Of a DNA stretch of 24,000 bases, positions 1-7,960 are shown piece by piece. Positions within the stretch are counted from its first letter, which is position 1; the number at the start of each line of letters is the position of its first letter. The stretch is from Acidobacteriota bacterium (GTDB taxonomy: Bacteria > Acidobacteriota > UBA6911 > RPQK01 > JAPXNP01). Position numbers and translations under genes: made by a program. Location: positions 7,358-31,357 of the forward strand of contig JAUWTT010000002.1 of the NCBI GenBank assembly GCA_030614585.1, in the 5' to 3' direction. The notes under the pieces are model-generated. The model saw only the letters and a program-made list of their open reading frames with translations. It did no database searches and was not told where the DNA came from.

Positions 1-789
1 AGTGATTTCAATGACAAGTTGAGAGGCAGTCAGCCCATACTCCCCCAGGGTAGACAGGATTGCTTCTGGAAGTTCCAAATCCCTCATCTGAGCTGACATG
101 TTGACGGCGACTTCCGAGATAAGTTTCTCCTTCAACCAAGGTCCGCACTGCCCACAGGCTTTCCTTAGAACAACATCTGTCAGTGGTTCGATCAATCCGG
201 TTTGCTCGGCCAGCGGGATAAACAGAGACGGGGAGAAGAAGCCATGTTTGGGGTGCCGCCACCGAGCCAGGGCTTCGAGGCCCACTACAGAGCCATCTTC
301 TAATGAAATGCGCGGCTGGTAGAAGACGTGTAGTTGCCCTTCCTCCAGCGCCGTCTTGAGCTCCTCGGCGGTTGGGCCACTTGACTCGGGGTGTAGATCT
401 ATTCTCTCAGGGTTAGCAGCCCTTCCTAGAATCGATTCCAGCTCATCCAGCCGTATTGGCTTTCTGACACTGCCGACGACACGCAGCCCCTGAGCCCGTG
501 CCAGTTCTGTTGCCGCCTGAAGGACATTGGCATCAAACCCGCTCATCAGGACAATTGAGGCTTCGCAGTCTGCTTCGGCGAGGAAACGTATCAACTCGAT
601 TCCGTCCACTTCAGGCATCAACAGGTCAAGGACAATCACATCATATTCGTGATTATAGAGCTGCTTGAACTCCTCAGGGCTGGATGTGGCCGAGGGGCAA
701 AAGCCGATTTCCTCGGCAAGATCACTCACCGTAGCAGCCAACGCTTCCTCATCGTCGACTACTAGGAGTTTCGGAGCCAGCCTGACCAT
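1..789 (-). CDS. Response regulator with REC receiver and EAL (c-di-GMP phosphodiesterase) domains; the 3' end runs off the window
   Basis: Absent from the ORF track because it has no stop in the window. Hand translation of the minus frame from ATG 789-787 gives MVRLAPKLLVVDDEEALAAT...YDVIVLDLLMPEVDGIEL (receiver), then LHVFYQPRISLEDGSVVGLEALARWRHPKHGFFSPSLFIPLAEQTGLI...VAVNMS...LVIEIT (EAL signature). There is no minus-strand stop in this frame across 1-789. The ATG directly abuts the TGA of the upstream kinase. Confidence 0.85.
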   Translation of the reverse strand, partial: MVRLAPKLLVVDDEEALAATVSDLAEEIGFCPSATSSPEEFKQLYNHEYDVIVLDLLMPEVDGIELIRFLAEADCEASIVLMSGFDANVLQAATELARAQGLRVVGSVRKPIRLDELESILGRAANPERIDLHPESSGPTAEELKTALEEGQLHVFYQPRISLEDGSVVGLEALARWRHPKHGFFSPSLFIPLAEQTGLIEPLTDVVLRKACGQCGPWLKEKLISEVAVNMSAQMRDLELPEAILSTLGEYGLTASQLVIEIT

Positions 790-1581
790 TCAACGACCTT
801 CCTGAATTTGGGAATAAGGCTTCGAATCTCTCGGAAGGAACATTCGGACAGTGGTCCCCACACCTGCTTCCGAGTCAATTTCCAAGTGACCCAGAGACCT
901 TCTAACAAAGCCGTAGACACGGCTCAAACCCATCCCGTTGTGGTGAGTCGAAGGCTTGGTCGAGAAGAAAGGACCAACCGCCCGGTCGAGGACCTCCTCG
1001 TCCATTCCCATTCCGTCATCAACTACCTGGACAACAATATACTCGCCGGGAGGGACATCTAACGGTAGACGCCTCCCCACCAAGTCGGTAGAAACATTAT
1101 CAGTTGTAACGATGACCCTTCCTCTGAGGTCTGTTGCTTCAGTGGCGTTACTAATCAGGGACTTCAGACTCTCACAGAAATCTTCAGGGTTGACTTGCGT
1201 GGTCCACAGGCTTGGTTGGAGACTGATCTCCACTTGTGAAACGTTTCCGTTGTTCAGGCCGGAGACACTGGTCTTGATCAAGTCATTGACATTGAGCGAG
1301 CTGGAATCGGACGAGTGCTTTCGCGAATAGCTGAGAAGTTCCTCAGTGTATTCAGCACACCTGAGTGCAGCGCGTAGGCTGCGATCCACCCAACGATACG
1401 AGGGTTCCGAAGTATCGATCCGCCTTTCCAGAAGATCGAGGTTGGAAATGATCACACTTAAAAGATTGTTGAAATCGTGAGCAATACGGTCAGTTGCTAC
1501 AGCGATCCCGTCCAGTTGGGCAGGCTCAGGCCGCCACCGACCGCTGACTGTCTCCATGTTGGCTTCCTGCGAATCAGACAT
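790..1581 (-). CDS. Cytoplasmic histidine kinase (HisKA + HATPase_c) with no recognisable sensor domain
   Basis: 263 aa ORF with H-box IAHDFNNLLSVI, N-box LISNATEAT, and G-boxes DDGMGMD and GMGLSRVYG. Only about 30 residues precede the H-box and none form a hydrophobic segment. Confidence 0.85.
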   Translation of the reverse strand: MSDSQEANMETVSGRWRPEPAQLDGIAVATDRIAHDFNNLLSVIISNLDLLERRIDTSEPSYRWVDRSLRAALRCAEYTEELLSYSRKHSSDSSSLNVNDLIKTSVSGLNNGNVSQVEISLQPSLWTTQVNPEDFCESLKSLISNATEATDLRGRVIVTTDNVSTDLVGRRLPLDVPPGEYIVVQVVDDGMGMDEEVLDRAVGPFFSTKPSTHHNGMGLSRVYGFVRRSLGHLEIDSEAGVGTTVRMFLPRDSKPYSQIQEGR

Positions 1582-1899
1582 GAGAAAACGCTCCGGGGAA
1601 GATGCGCCTGTGCTTTACCAGAAAACAGGTTCTCAGCAGAGAATGCTTCATATCTGATGGAAGTATGACGTCTGCGCAAAGAAGGTCCATCAAACTAGCA
1701 ATTCCAGGCACACTCATGGTCTTCATTATCAACATTTTGGGGGTTTCCTTGATTGCTACTGGTGATTTTCCTCACATGGGGAGAAATGTTGCCCGCCGTA
1801 CCCTATGTTTGAGCGGCCTGAAGTGGGCGGCAGTGTGTGTCAGCTGATGCGCAGAAAAGATGCTCGTGTATCAACGATGCTGAGTGGGCGCGGCTAAGC

Positions 1900-1928
1900 C
1901 CACACCGGAAACTGATCACCCGGTGTGG
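1900..1928. promoter_or_regulatory. Perfect 9 bp inverted repeat (CCACACCGG-N11-CCGGTGTGG) upstream of the hybrid kinase gene
   Basis: Read directly: 1900-1908 is the reverse complement of 1920-1928. It lies in the 380 bp divergent intergenic region. Function is unknown and no U-tract follows it. Confidence 0.25.
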
Positions 1929-1999
1929 TCTAGAGAGCCCCGCGCAGCTTTGCCTGGCATCAAGTGCGCGTCTTCAGGATCGCAGAGAGGGGACAAGGC

Positions 2000-4522
2000 G
2001 TGGCCAATAATGGCGCTGTGAACAAGAACTCGGCCCTTTCTTATCTACAACGCTACGTGGGAACTCCTTTCTTCCCACAGTCCGTCCCGCACACTGCTAG
2101 AATCTACATCGGCCTGGTGATCTGTTTCGGGCTGATCTTCTTTTTCCATTCCGTTTTTGTGGCCTCTCAACACCCTGATCTAGCTTGGATCTCACTTGTC
2201 CTCTTGACGATGCTGGCTAGCAACTTCGTCTTTACGCTTCCCGCGACCAGAGGTCGGAAGCAATCTGTATCAGTTGCGATGGGAGACTTTTTTGTCTTCT
2301 TGGCCATTCTCTCGTTTGGCCCGGCCGTGGCCACCATTACTGCGGTCGCTGAAGGCTTTACGATGAACCTCAGAACCCGTGTGGTTGGAAGCTACAAGCA
2401 ACTCTTCAACCTTTCGCAGATGGCTCTGACGGCGTTTCTGGTTTCACATTTCTTCTATCTTATCGAGGGACGGGTTGCGCCTCTCCAACCGGGTGGTGAT
2501 ATCGCCCTGTTCAGCCTTCTCTACAAACTGACTTTTTGCGCGTTTGTCTACTTCCTTCTGAATACCGGCATCGTCTCCATGGCGATGGTGTTGACGGCCG
2601 GGGAAAGTGTTCTTCGTTTCTGGCGTGAGAATTTCACATGGGCTTGGGTCACTCAATTCGCGGGGGCCACCCTCGCCGTAGTCACTTTTGTTTACCTCGG
2701 AGAGGTTACTCTATCCGTGATCCTGGTGGCTCCCGTTGTTCTGCTGGTCTACTTTGCCTACAAAGCGAACCTGGACCGTATCAAACAGACCCAATCACAC
2801 CTGGAGCGCACGCGAGAGCTTCTTACGGAGAAGACTCAAGCCGAGGAGGCATTGCAGCGGGCCAAAGAGGAGTTGGAAGTCAGAGTGGCTCAGCGCACGT
2901 CCGACCTGAGTCGAGCAAACAGATATCTCACTAAAGAGATTGGAGACAGAATCCAGGCAGAAGAAGCACTGGCGGCAGAGAAGGACCGCCTGGCCGTCAC
3001 ACTCCGGAGTATCGGAGATGGAGTTATTACCACAGACACATCAGGGAACGTTGATCTGGTCAACGCGGAAGCTGAAAGGCTAACGGGTTGGACGCAGGAT
3101 TCAGCAAGAAGCATGCCTCTCGCCGAGGTATTCCGAATCGTCGATTCCCGAACCGGCCGAGCACTTCGAGATATTGCGAGAAAGGTCCTCCGTACTGGGA
3201 AGATGGTCTCTCCTCGGAGTGAATCGATTTCCCTGGTCCCTCGGGAAGGTTCGGAAAGATCCATTTCCCACAGTGCATCACCGATTCTCGGCAAAACAGG
3301 CCGGATCGTGGGTGCTGTCCTCGTCTTCAGGGACGTTTCTGACCAGAAACGGATGGAGGAGGAACTCCTGAAAGCCCAGAAAATGGAATCATTGGGACTC
3401 CTGGCTGGAGGGATTGCCCATGACTTTAACAACTTTCTTGCGGCGGTCCTGCTGAAAAGCCAGATGGGCCTGAGACGCATAGACCAGGGCCGAAATCCGG
3501 CACAGTACTTAAGGAGCATTGAAGATGTTGCCAGAGAAGCATGTGATGTGACTCAGCAACTGCTGACATTCGCAAAAGGTGGCGCTCCCATTAAGAAAGC
3601 AGCGTCGATTCGAAATCTCTTACTGGAAGCCAGAAAGTTCTCTCTCAGATCCACCGACGTCAGGTTCAAGTTTGACGTAGCTGAAGACCTTTGGGCCGCC
3701 GAGTTTGATAGAGGTCAGATGAACCAGGTTATAAACAACCTGGTGGTGAACGGTGAGCAAGCGATGCCGGGCGGCGGCACGTTGGTTATTCGGGCCCATA
3801 ACCATCAGATCCATGAGTTTGATTTCGAATTCGAACTCCCGCCTGGAGACTACATCAGAATTAGTGTAAAGGACGAAGGAGTAGGCATCTCAACGGAGAA
3901 TCTGAAGAGAGTATTCGAGCCCTATTTCACCACGAAACCGGACGGTCACGGGTTGGGTCTGGCGGGCGTATATTCCATCATTAACCGCCACGAGGGCCGC
4001 ATCTCAGCAAAATCGGAAGTTGGCAAAGGCACAACCTTTGCCTTTTGCCTCCCAGCCACCGGAGCGCCTGCGGAGTCGGAACCTGAAGATGTTTCACCCA
4101 CTCTCATCAAAGGTTCCGGCCGTGTACTCGTGATGGATGATGATCCCTTGCTGCAGGAGTGTGCTGAGGAGTTGCTTCAGGAATTAGGATACGACGTAGT
4201 TGTGGCTTCTGACGGGCTGGAAGCAGTCGAACTGTACAAGCGTGAGGCTCGCCTTCAGCGCCGCTTCGACGCCGTGATCCTTGACCTGCTGGTCCGTGAC
4301 GGCATGGGCGGTAAAGCTGCGATAAAGAAGCTTCTGCAGATAGATCCGCATGTGAACGCGATCGTGTCAAGTGGGTACTCATCGGACACAGTCATGGCAA
4401 ACCCAAAAGAGCATGGTTTCAACGCCGTGTTGAACAAACCATTCACCATGGAGAAGCTGGCTTCCGTTCTGGATCAAGCCATGGAGGGTTCTTCAAACGC
4501 ATCACGAAGACATGCGGTTTGA
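2000..4522 (+). CDS. Hybrid sensor histidine kinase: polytopic membrane domain, coiled coil, PAS, HisKA, HATPase_c, C-terminal receiver
   Basis: 852 aa ORF (1964..4522). About 7 hydrophobic segments occupy the first ~270 aa, followed by a heptad-rich linker and a PAS-like segment (LRSIGDGVITTD...VLVFRDVSDQKRMEEEL). H-box is GIAHDFNNFLAAV, ATPase motifs are DEGVGI and GHGLGLAGVY, and the receiver reads VLVMDDD...AVILDLLV. The longest ORF starts at GTG 1964. GTG 2000 is preceded by GAGAGGGGA (1985-1993), so it is preferred, but the start remains uncertain. Confidence 0.9.
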   Translation: MANNGAVNKNSALSYLQRYVGTPFFPQSVPHTARIYIGLVICFGLIFFFHSVFVASQHPDLAWISLVLLTMLASNFVFTLPATRGRKQSVSVAMGDFFVFLAILSFGPAVATITAVAEGFTMNLRTRVVGSYKQLFNLSQMALTAFLVSHFFYLIEGRVAPLQPGGDIALFSLLYKLTFCAFVYFLLNTGIVSMAMVLTAGESVLRFWRENFTWAWVTQFAGATLAVVTFVYLGEVTLSVILVAPVVLLVYFAYKANLDRIKQTQSHLERTRELLTEKTQAEEALQRAKEELEVRVAQRTSDLSRANRYLTKEIGDRIQAEEALAAEKDRLAVTLRSIGDGVITTDTSGNVDLVNAEAERLTGWTQDSARSMPLAEVFRIVDSRTGRALRDIARKVLRTGKMVSPRSESISLVPREGSERSISHSASPILGKTGRIVGAVLVFRDVSDQKRMEEELLKAQKMESLGLLAGGIAHDFNNFLAAVLLKSQMGLRRIDQGRNPAQYLRSIEDVAREACDVTQQLLTFAKGGAPIKKAASIRNLLLEARKFSLRSTDVRFKFDVAEDLWAAEFDRGQMNQVINNLVVNGEQAMPGGGTLVIRAHNHQIHEFDFEFELPPGDYIRISVKDEGVGISTENLKRVFEPYFTTKPDGHGLGLAGVYSIINRHEGRISAKSEVGKGTTFAFCLPATGAPAESEPEDVSPTLIKGSGRVLVMDDDPLLQECAEELLQELGYDVVVASDGLEAVELYKREARLQRRFDAVILDLLVRDGMGGKAAIKKLLQIDPHVNAIVSSGYSSDTVMANPKEHGFNAVLNKPFTMEKLASVLDQAMEGSSNASRRHAV

Positions 4523-4719
4523 TACTCGACAGCATGCCACCTGGCTCACGATCGCAGGATTTCAGAGCCTCTACCTAAACAAGTCGGCGTTGTTGGAAAC
4601 TAGGGCAAACGCTACTCTTCTGGTAAATCGAGGGCGGGGTTAGCCTACGTGCGCACCAATACAGCCGATCCTGCACCTCACAACAACACCGACTAACACC
4701 AACAAAACCCGTTGACCAG

Positions 4720-4735
4720 TGTGAGATTTCTCACA
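4720..4735. promoter_or_regulatory. CRP/FNR-family-type palindrome TGTGA-GATTTC-TCACA upstream of the subtilase gene
   Basis: Read directly: TGTGA at 4720-4724, a 6 nt spacer, TCACA at 4731-4735. TTGACC lies at 4712-4717 and a TAnnnT hexamer (TACATT) at 4758-4763. No cognate regulator gene is in the window. Confidence 0.4.
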
Positions 4736-4809
4736 GGGCCGTGGAGCCGCGAAGAGTTACATTTGAGGCGGTGATGCGTAGTGCCCACCTTTTCAAATCT
4801 GAGAGGCTG

Positions 4810-6672
4810 ATGATGAACATGAGGAACATCCAACTGAAACGATGGGCTGGAATAGTCTTGATCGTTGCCTGCTTACTGCTGCTCACAGGGACTGTGACGT
4901 TTGGCTGGAGGGCACATCAGGGCCCTGATTCACGAATTGCTTCCGTTTTGAGAGATGAGGCCGCCTTCCTCAGGGCGAATCCTCAGTATGATTACGAGAT
5001 CCCGGTGATCATCAAGGTGCGTCGCAACCATTTCAGGGAAACGGACGCGCGGCACAGGAATCAGGTCCTGCATGATGGAGCGGAGATCAGATCTCTCAGG
5101 CTGGTTCGCAGCTACGCAGCTCGAGTACGAGCTTCCCAGATCGAGTCTTTGGCTGATTCCCCGCTCGTGGAATACGTCACTCTTGACGCTCGAGTCTTTT
5201 CGACGGGCTCCCACGGTAGTCTAAGCCCTCCAGTGGATTTAGCTAATTTGCGCTCGGTCGTGGGTGCGGATCAGGTTGATGCCTCGGGGCTGGGCGTTAC
5301 AGTCGCCGTTTTTGACTCAGGGATCGACTCGCACCAGGACCTGAGGCGGAAGCAGCGTCTGAAGGCTTCGGTCGATTTCACCTCAGGGACTCCAGAATTT
5401 CAGTACCTTTCCAAGGATACTGACGACTTTGGCCATGGCACCCATGTTGCCGGCATTATCGGCGGAACCGGGAAGAGTTCGAATGGTTCGCAGGGCGGTG
5501 TAGCTCCAGGCGTTTCCTTTGTTGACATGAAGGTCGTGGGTAAAGAGGGTTGGGGCTATACGAGCAATCTGATTCAGGCAATCGAATGGGTGCTCGAGAA
5601 CCATCAGAATTACGATATTCGTGTGGCGAACATGTCGATTGGTCATCCGGCCTACGAAGAGTACTTCAATGATCCGCTGTGCCTGGCAGCTGAGGAGATG
5701 GTCGCTAGAGGCATAGTCACTGTGGTTTCCGGAGGCAATCTGGGACGCACAGAGGACCATCCCAAAATCTGGGGGGGCATATACAGCCCTGGGACTGATC
5801 CCACGGTCATCACAGTGTATCCGGTCAACACCCACGGTACGTTGACGCATCAGGACGACATCGCCACGAGTTACGGATCGAGGGGACCCAGCATTGACGG
5901 TTTGTTCAAACCTGATCTGGCAGCACCTGGTAACCGGGTTGTCTCGCTCATCGCGAATGAGAGCACTCTGAAACGAGAGTATCCCGAGCTGAGGACTGAC
6001 GGACAGTACTTTACGATGAGCGGTGCCAGTATGGCTACAGCCTTCGTTTCCGGAACAGTGGCCCTGATGCTGGAAAAGAACCCCGATCTAAACCCGAACC
6101 TGGTAAAGCTGATCCTGCTTCTTACGGCGGTCAAACTGCAGGAGCCGAGTATGCTCGAACAGGGCAACGGTCTACTGAATGCCAAAACGGCAGTGGAGAT
6201 CGCAAGCGTCCTTGACGTCGGTGAAAGGATGCTGACGGAAGCTATCTCGCCCATCTGGATGTTAGATGGTGAAGAGGTATGGGCAGGAGGTGCTTTCGCC
6301 TACGGTGATCAGGTCATTTACAGTCGTCTGATTGAGGCGAGTGACGATCCGCTATTCTGGGGCAACGGTGTGTTCTGGACCGACCGGCAGAAACGAGCCT
6401 TCGCAACTGGAATGAAGGACGGCGTGTTTTGGACAGATGGTGTGTTCTGGACGGACGGTGTGTTCTGGACAGACGGCGTGTTCTGGACCGACAGAGGTGG
6501 CCGTACCACCAGAGCTTGGGGAGACGGCGTATTCTGGACCGACGGAGTTATCTGGACGGATGGCGTTATCTGGACCGATGCTGTCTTCTGGACGGATGGC
6601 GTGTTCTGGACAGACGGCGTGTTTTGGACAGATAGAGGGCGGTCCCGAAGCACTGTTCTGATTGGGGATTAA
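4810..6672 (+). CDS. Secreted subtilisin-like serine protease (peptidase S8) with an I9-like propeptide and a C-terminal GVFWTD hexapeptide repeat region
   Basis: The ORF runs 4741..6672. Catalytic motifs are VAVFDSGID (Asp), HGTHVAGIIGG (His), ANMSIG (Asn) and SGASMATAFVSG (Ser). The signal anchor is KRWAGIVLIVACLLLLTG. Start is placed at ATG 4810, just after GAGAGG (4801-4806). ATG 4774, preceded by GAGG at 4765-4768, is also possible. Confidence 0.9.
   Translation: MMNMRNIQLKRWAGIVLIVACLLLLTGTVTFGWRAHQGPDSRIASVLRDEAAFLRANPQYDYEIPVIIKVRRNHFRETDARHRNQVLHDGAEIRSLRLVRSYAARVRASQIESLADSPLVEYVTLDARVFSTGSHGSLSPPVDLANLRSVVGADQVDASGLGVTVAVFDSGIDSHQDLRRKQRLKASVDFTSGTPEFQYLSKDTDDFGHGTHVAGIIGGTGKSSNGSQGGVAPGVSFVDMKVVGKEGWGYTSNLIQAIEWVLENHQNYDIRVANMSIGHPAYEEYFNDPLCLAAEEMVARGIVTVVSGGNLGRTEDHPKIWGGIYSPGTDPTVITVYPVNTHGTLTHQDDIATSYGSRGPSIDGLFKPDLAAPGNRVVSLIANESTLKREYPELRTDGQYFTMSGASMATAFVSGTVALMLEKNPDLNPNLVKLILLLTAVKLQEPSMLEQGNGLLNAKTAVEIASVLDVGERMLTEAISPIWMLDGEEVWAGGAFAYGDQVIYSRLIEASDDPLFWGNGVFWTDRQKRAFATGMKDGVFWTDGVFWTDGVFWTDGVFWTDRGGRTTRAWGDGVFWTDGVIWTDGVIWTDAVFWTDGVFWTDGVFWTDRGRSRSTVLIGD
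6367..6633 (+). repeat. In-frame 18 bp tandem repeats encoding (G/A)V(F/I)WTD: 11 copies in blocks of 1, 4 and 6
   Basis: Copies start at 6367, at 6421/6439/6457/6475, and at 6526/6544/6562/6580/6598/6616. The blocks are separated by Arg-rich linkers (RQKRAFATGMKD, RGGRTTRAWGD). Third-codon positions vary between copies. Confidence 0.95.
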
Positions 6673-6726
6673 GCTACCTGAGAAAGGCTTGCCGAGCGGC
6701 GCTCGGAATACAACCATAATAACCAA

Positions 6727-6756
6727 GGGGAAGCTGCTGAAGCTTCCCCTTTTTTT
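6727..6756 (+). terminator. Rho-independent terminator of the subtilase gene
   Basis: GGGGAAGCT (6727-6735), loop GCTGA, AGCTTCCCC (6741-6749), then T7 (6750-6756). It lies 55 bp after the stop codon. Confidence 0.85.
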
Positions 6757-6873
6757 GTGGAAATCAGTAGCCCAGAACCTCCCAGGCCTACTCTCGGCTG
6801 ATTTTGAGGCTTTCTCGCAAAGGCCTGGTCGGCTGAAAGTGGCGTTCATGCGCGAGCGCGCAAACTTCCCTGT

Positions 6874-6902
6874 TTGACAGAGTCCCGGAAGAAAGCTAGT
6901 TT
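6874..6902 (+). promoter_or_regulatory. Sigma70-like promoter candidate for the downstream oxidoreductase gene
   Basis: TTGACA (6874-6879), a 17 bp spacer, then TAGTTT (6897-6902). It is 36 bp upstream of ATG 6938. This is pattern match only. Confidence 0.4.
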
Positions 6903-6937
6903 CAGAACACAAGACCTTTCAGAAGGGGAGTTGAGCA

Positions 6938-7960
6938 ATGAAGAAACTGGGTGTGATGATTGTGGGGCCAGGTTGGGTAGCAGGACAACATATCCTGTCC
7001 TTCCTGGGAAACGATGAGTCTGAGATTCGAGTGATTGCAGGCGTTCTGCCAGAAGATGAAGCCCGTGCCCGTGGGTACATGGAGCAGTACGGTTTCCAAT
7101 GCGACTTCACTGACGACTACGAAAGCGCCCTCGAACGCGTTGATGTTGATGTCGTAGCCGTTTGCACGATAAACCACTTGCATTTCTCGCAGAGTCTCTC
7201 AGCCATCGAAGCAGGAAAGCACGTCCTGGTCGAAAAACCGCTGTGTTTTGATATGAAGGAAGCCAGGGTTCTGGTCGATGCATGCCTGAAACAAGGCGTT
7301 AAGACCCACGTCGGCCATGTAGTTCGCTTCTATCCTGCCATCACTGGGCTGCACAATTTCGTTCGTCGCGGAGGGATTGGAGAGATCTACTACTGCGAGT
7401 CCGACTATTGGCACGAAATCATCGGTGCGTGGAAGGTGCGTAACGAAACGGGGGGCAGTGCGCTTCTGATGGGCGGTTGCCACGCGATCGACATGGTGAG
7501 GTGGATATTGGGCGAAGAGAATCAGATCTCGGAAGTGTTTGCCTATTCCACTCCCGCCCGACGGCGGCTTGACTTTGAGTATGACCCCACCATTTCCGTG
7601 ACAATGAAATATGAGAATGGAGCGATCGGGAGAGTATCCACCAGCCTTGAATCAAACATGCCCTATGTTTTCCACCTCCAGGCGAATGGCACAAAGGGGA
7701 CTATTCGAAACAACGGGATCTCTTCAGAGTGGTTTCCAGGAACCAACGCGTTCATGGAGATACCCGCAGTGTATCCCGATGACTGGGACGTCAGTCAGCA
7801 TCCTTTTCCACAAGAGATCGATTACTTTGTGTCTTGCATCAAAGGCGATGTGGAGTCGGATTTGAGTATTCCCAAGGCCGCAAAGACCTATGAGGTTATA
7901 TTTGCCGCAGAGCTCTCTGCTCGCGAAGGTAGACCGGTGAAGTTACCGCTTTCGAGTTAG
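6938..7960 (+). CDS. Gfo/Idh/MocA family NAD(P)-dependent oxidoreductase (cytoplasmic)
   Basis: 340 aa with an N-terminal Rossmann motif (KLGVMIVGPGWVAGQH) and an EKP motif (HVLVEKPL). SD GGGGAG (6925-6930) sits 7 nt before the ATG. Confidence 0.85.
   Translation: MKKLGVMIVGPGWVAGQHILSFLGNDESEIRVIAGVLPEDEARARGYMEQYGFQCDFTDDYESALERVDVDVVAVCTINHLHFSQSLSAIEAGKHVLVEKPLCFDMKEARVLVDACLKQGVKTHVGHVVRFYPAITGLHNFVRRGGIGEIYYCESDYWHEIIGAWKVRNETGGSALLMGGCHAIDMVRWILGEENQISEVFAYSTPARRRLDFEYDPTISVTMKYENGAIGRVSTSLESNMPYVFHLQANGTKGTIRNNGISSEWFPGTNAFMEIPAVYPDDWDVSQHPFPQEIDYFVSCIKGDVESDLSIPKAAKTYEVIFAAELSAREGRPVKLPLSS

Noticed and set aside
8-262. ORF-track ORFs 8..262 (-) and 98..322 (+)
   Set aside because: They lie in the wrong frame or strand relative to the clear REC-EAL reading frame, which is open across 1-789 on the minus strand. 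Their translations show no domain-like sequence.
1602-1847. 81 aa ORF with one hydrophobic stretch in the divergent kinase intergenic region
   Set aside because: It has no convincing RBS at either candidate ATG, no recognisable motif, and atypical codon composition. A small membrane protein cannot be excluded but is not supportable.
1945-1959. Sigma54-like element TGGCAT-N5-GCGC upstream of the hybrid kinase
   Set aside because: The GG and GC spacing is correct, but the -12 element lacks the TTGC core and no enhancer-binding protein gene is nearby. The match is too weak to call.
2890-3519. 209 aa antisense ORF inside the hybrid kinase, plus similar shadow ORFs at 5383..5850, 5871..6254, 8083..9043, 10593..11360, 14372..15484, 18501..19126 and 21332..22174
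   Set aside because: Each lies entirely antisense or out of frame within a gene that has strong domain evidence. Their translations are low-complexity and Arg/Ser/Pro-rich, as is typical of GC-rich shadow frames.
6318-6912. Minus-strand ORFs with NTPSVQ-type repeats (6318..6653 and 6352..6912)
   Set aside because: They are mirror images of the GVFWTD coding repeats on the plus strand. The plus-strand frame is continuous with a complete S8 protease and is followed by a strong terminator.
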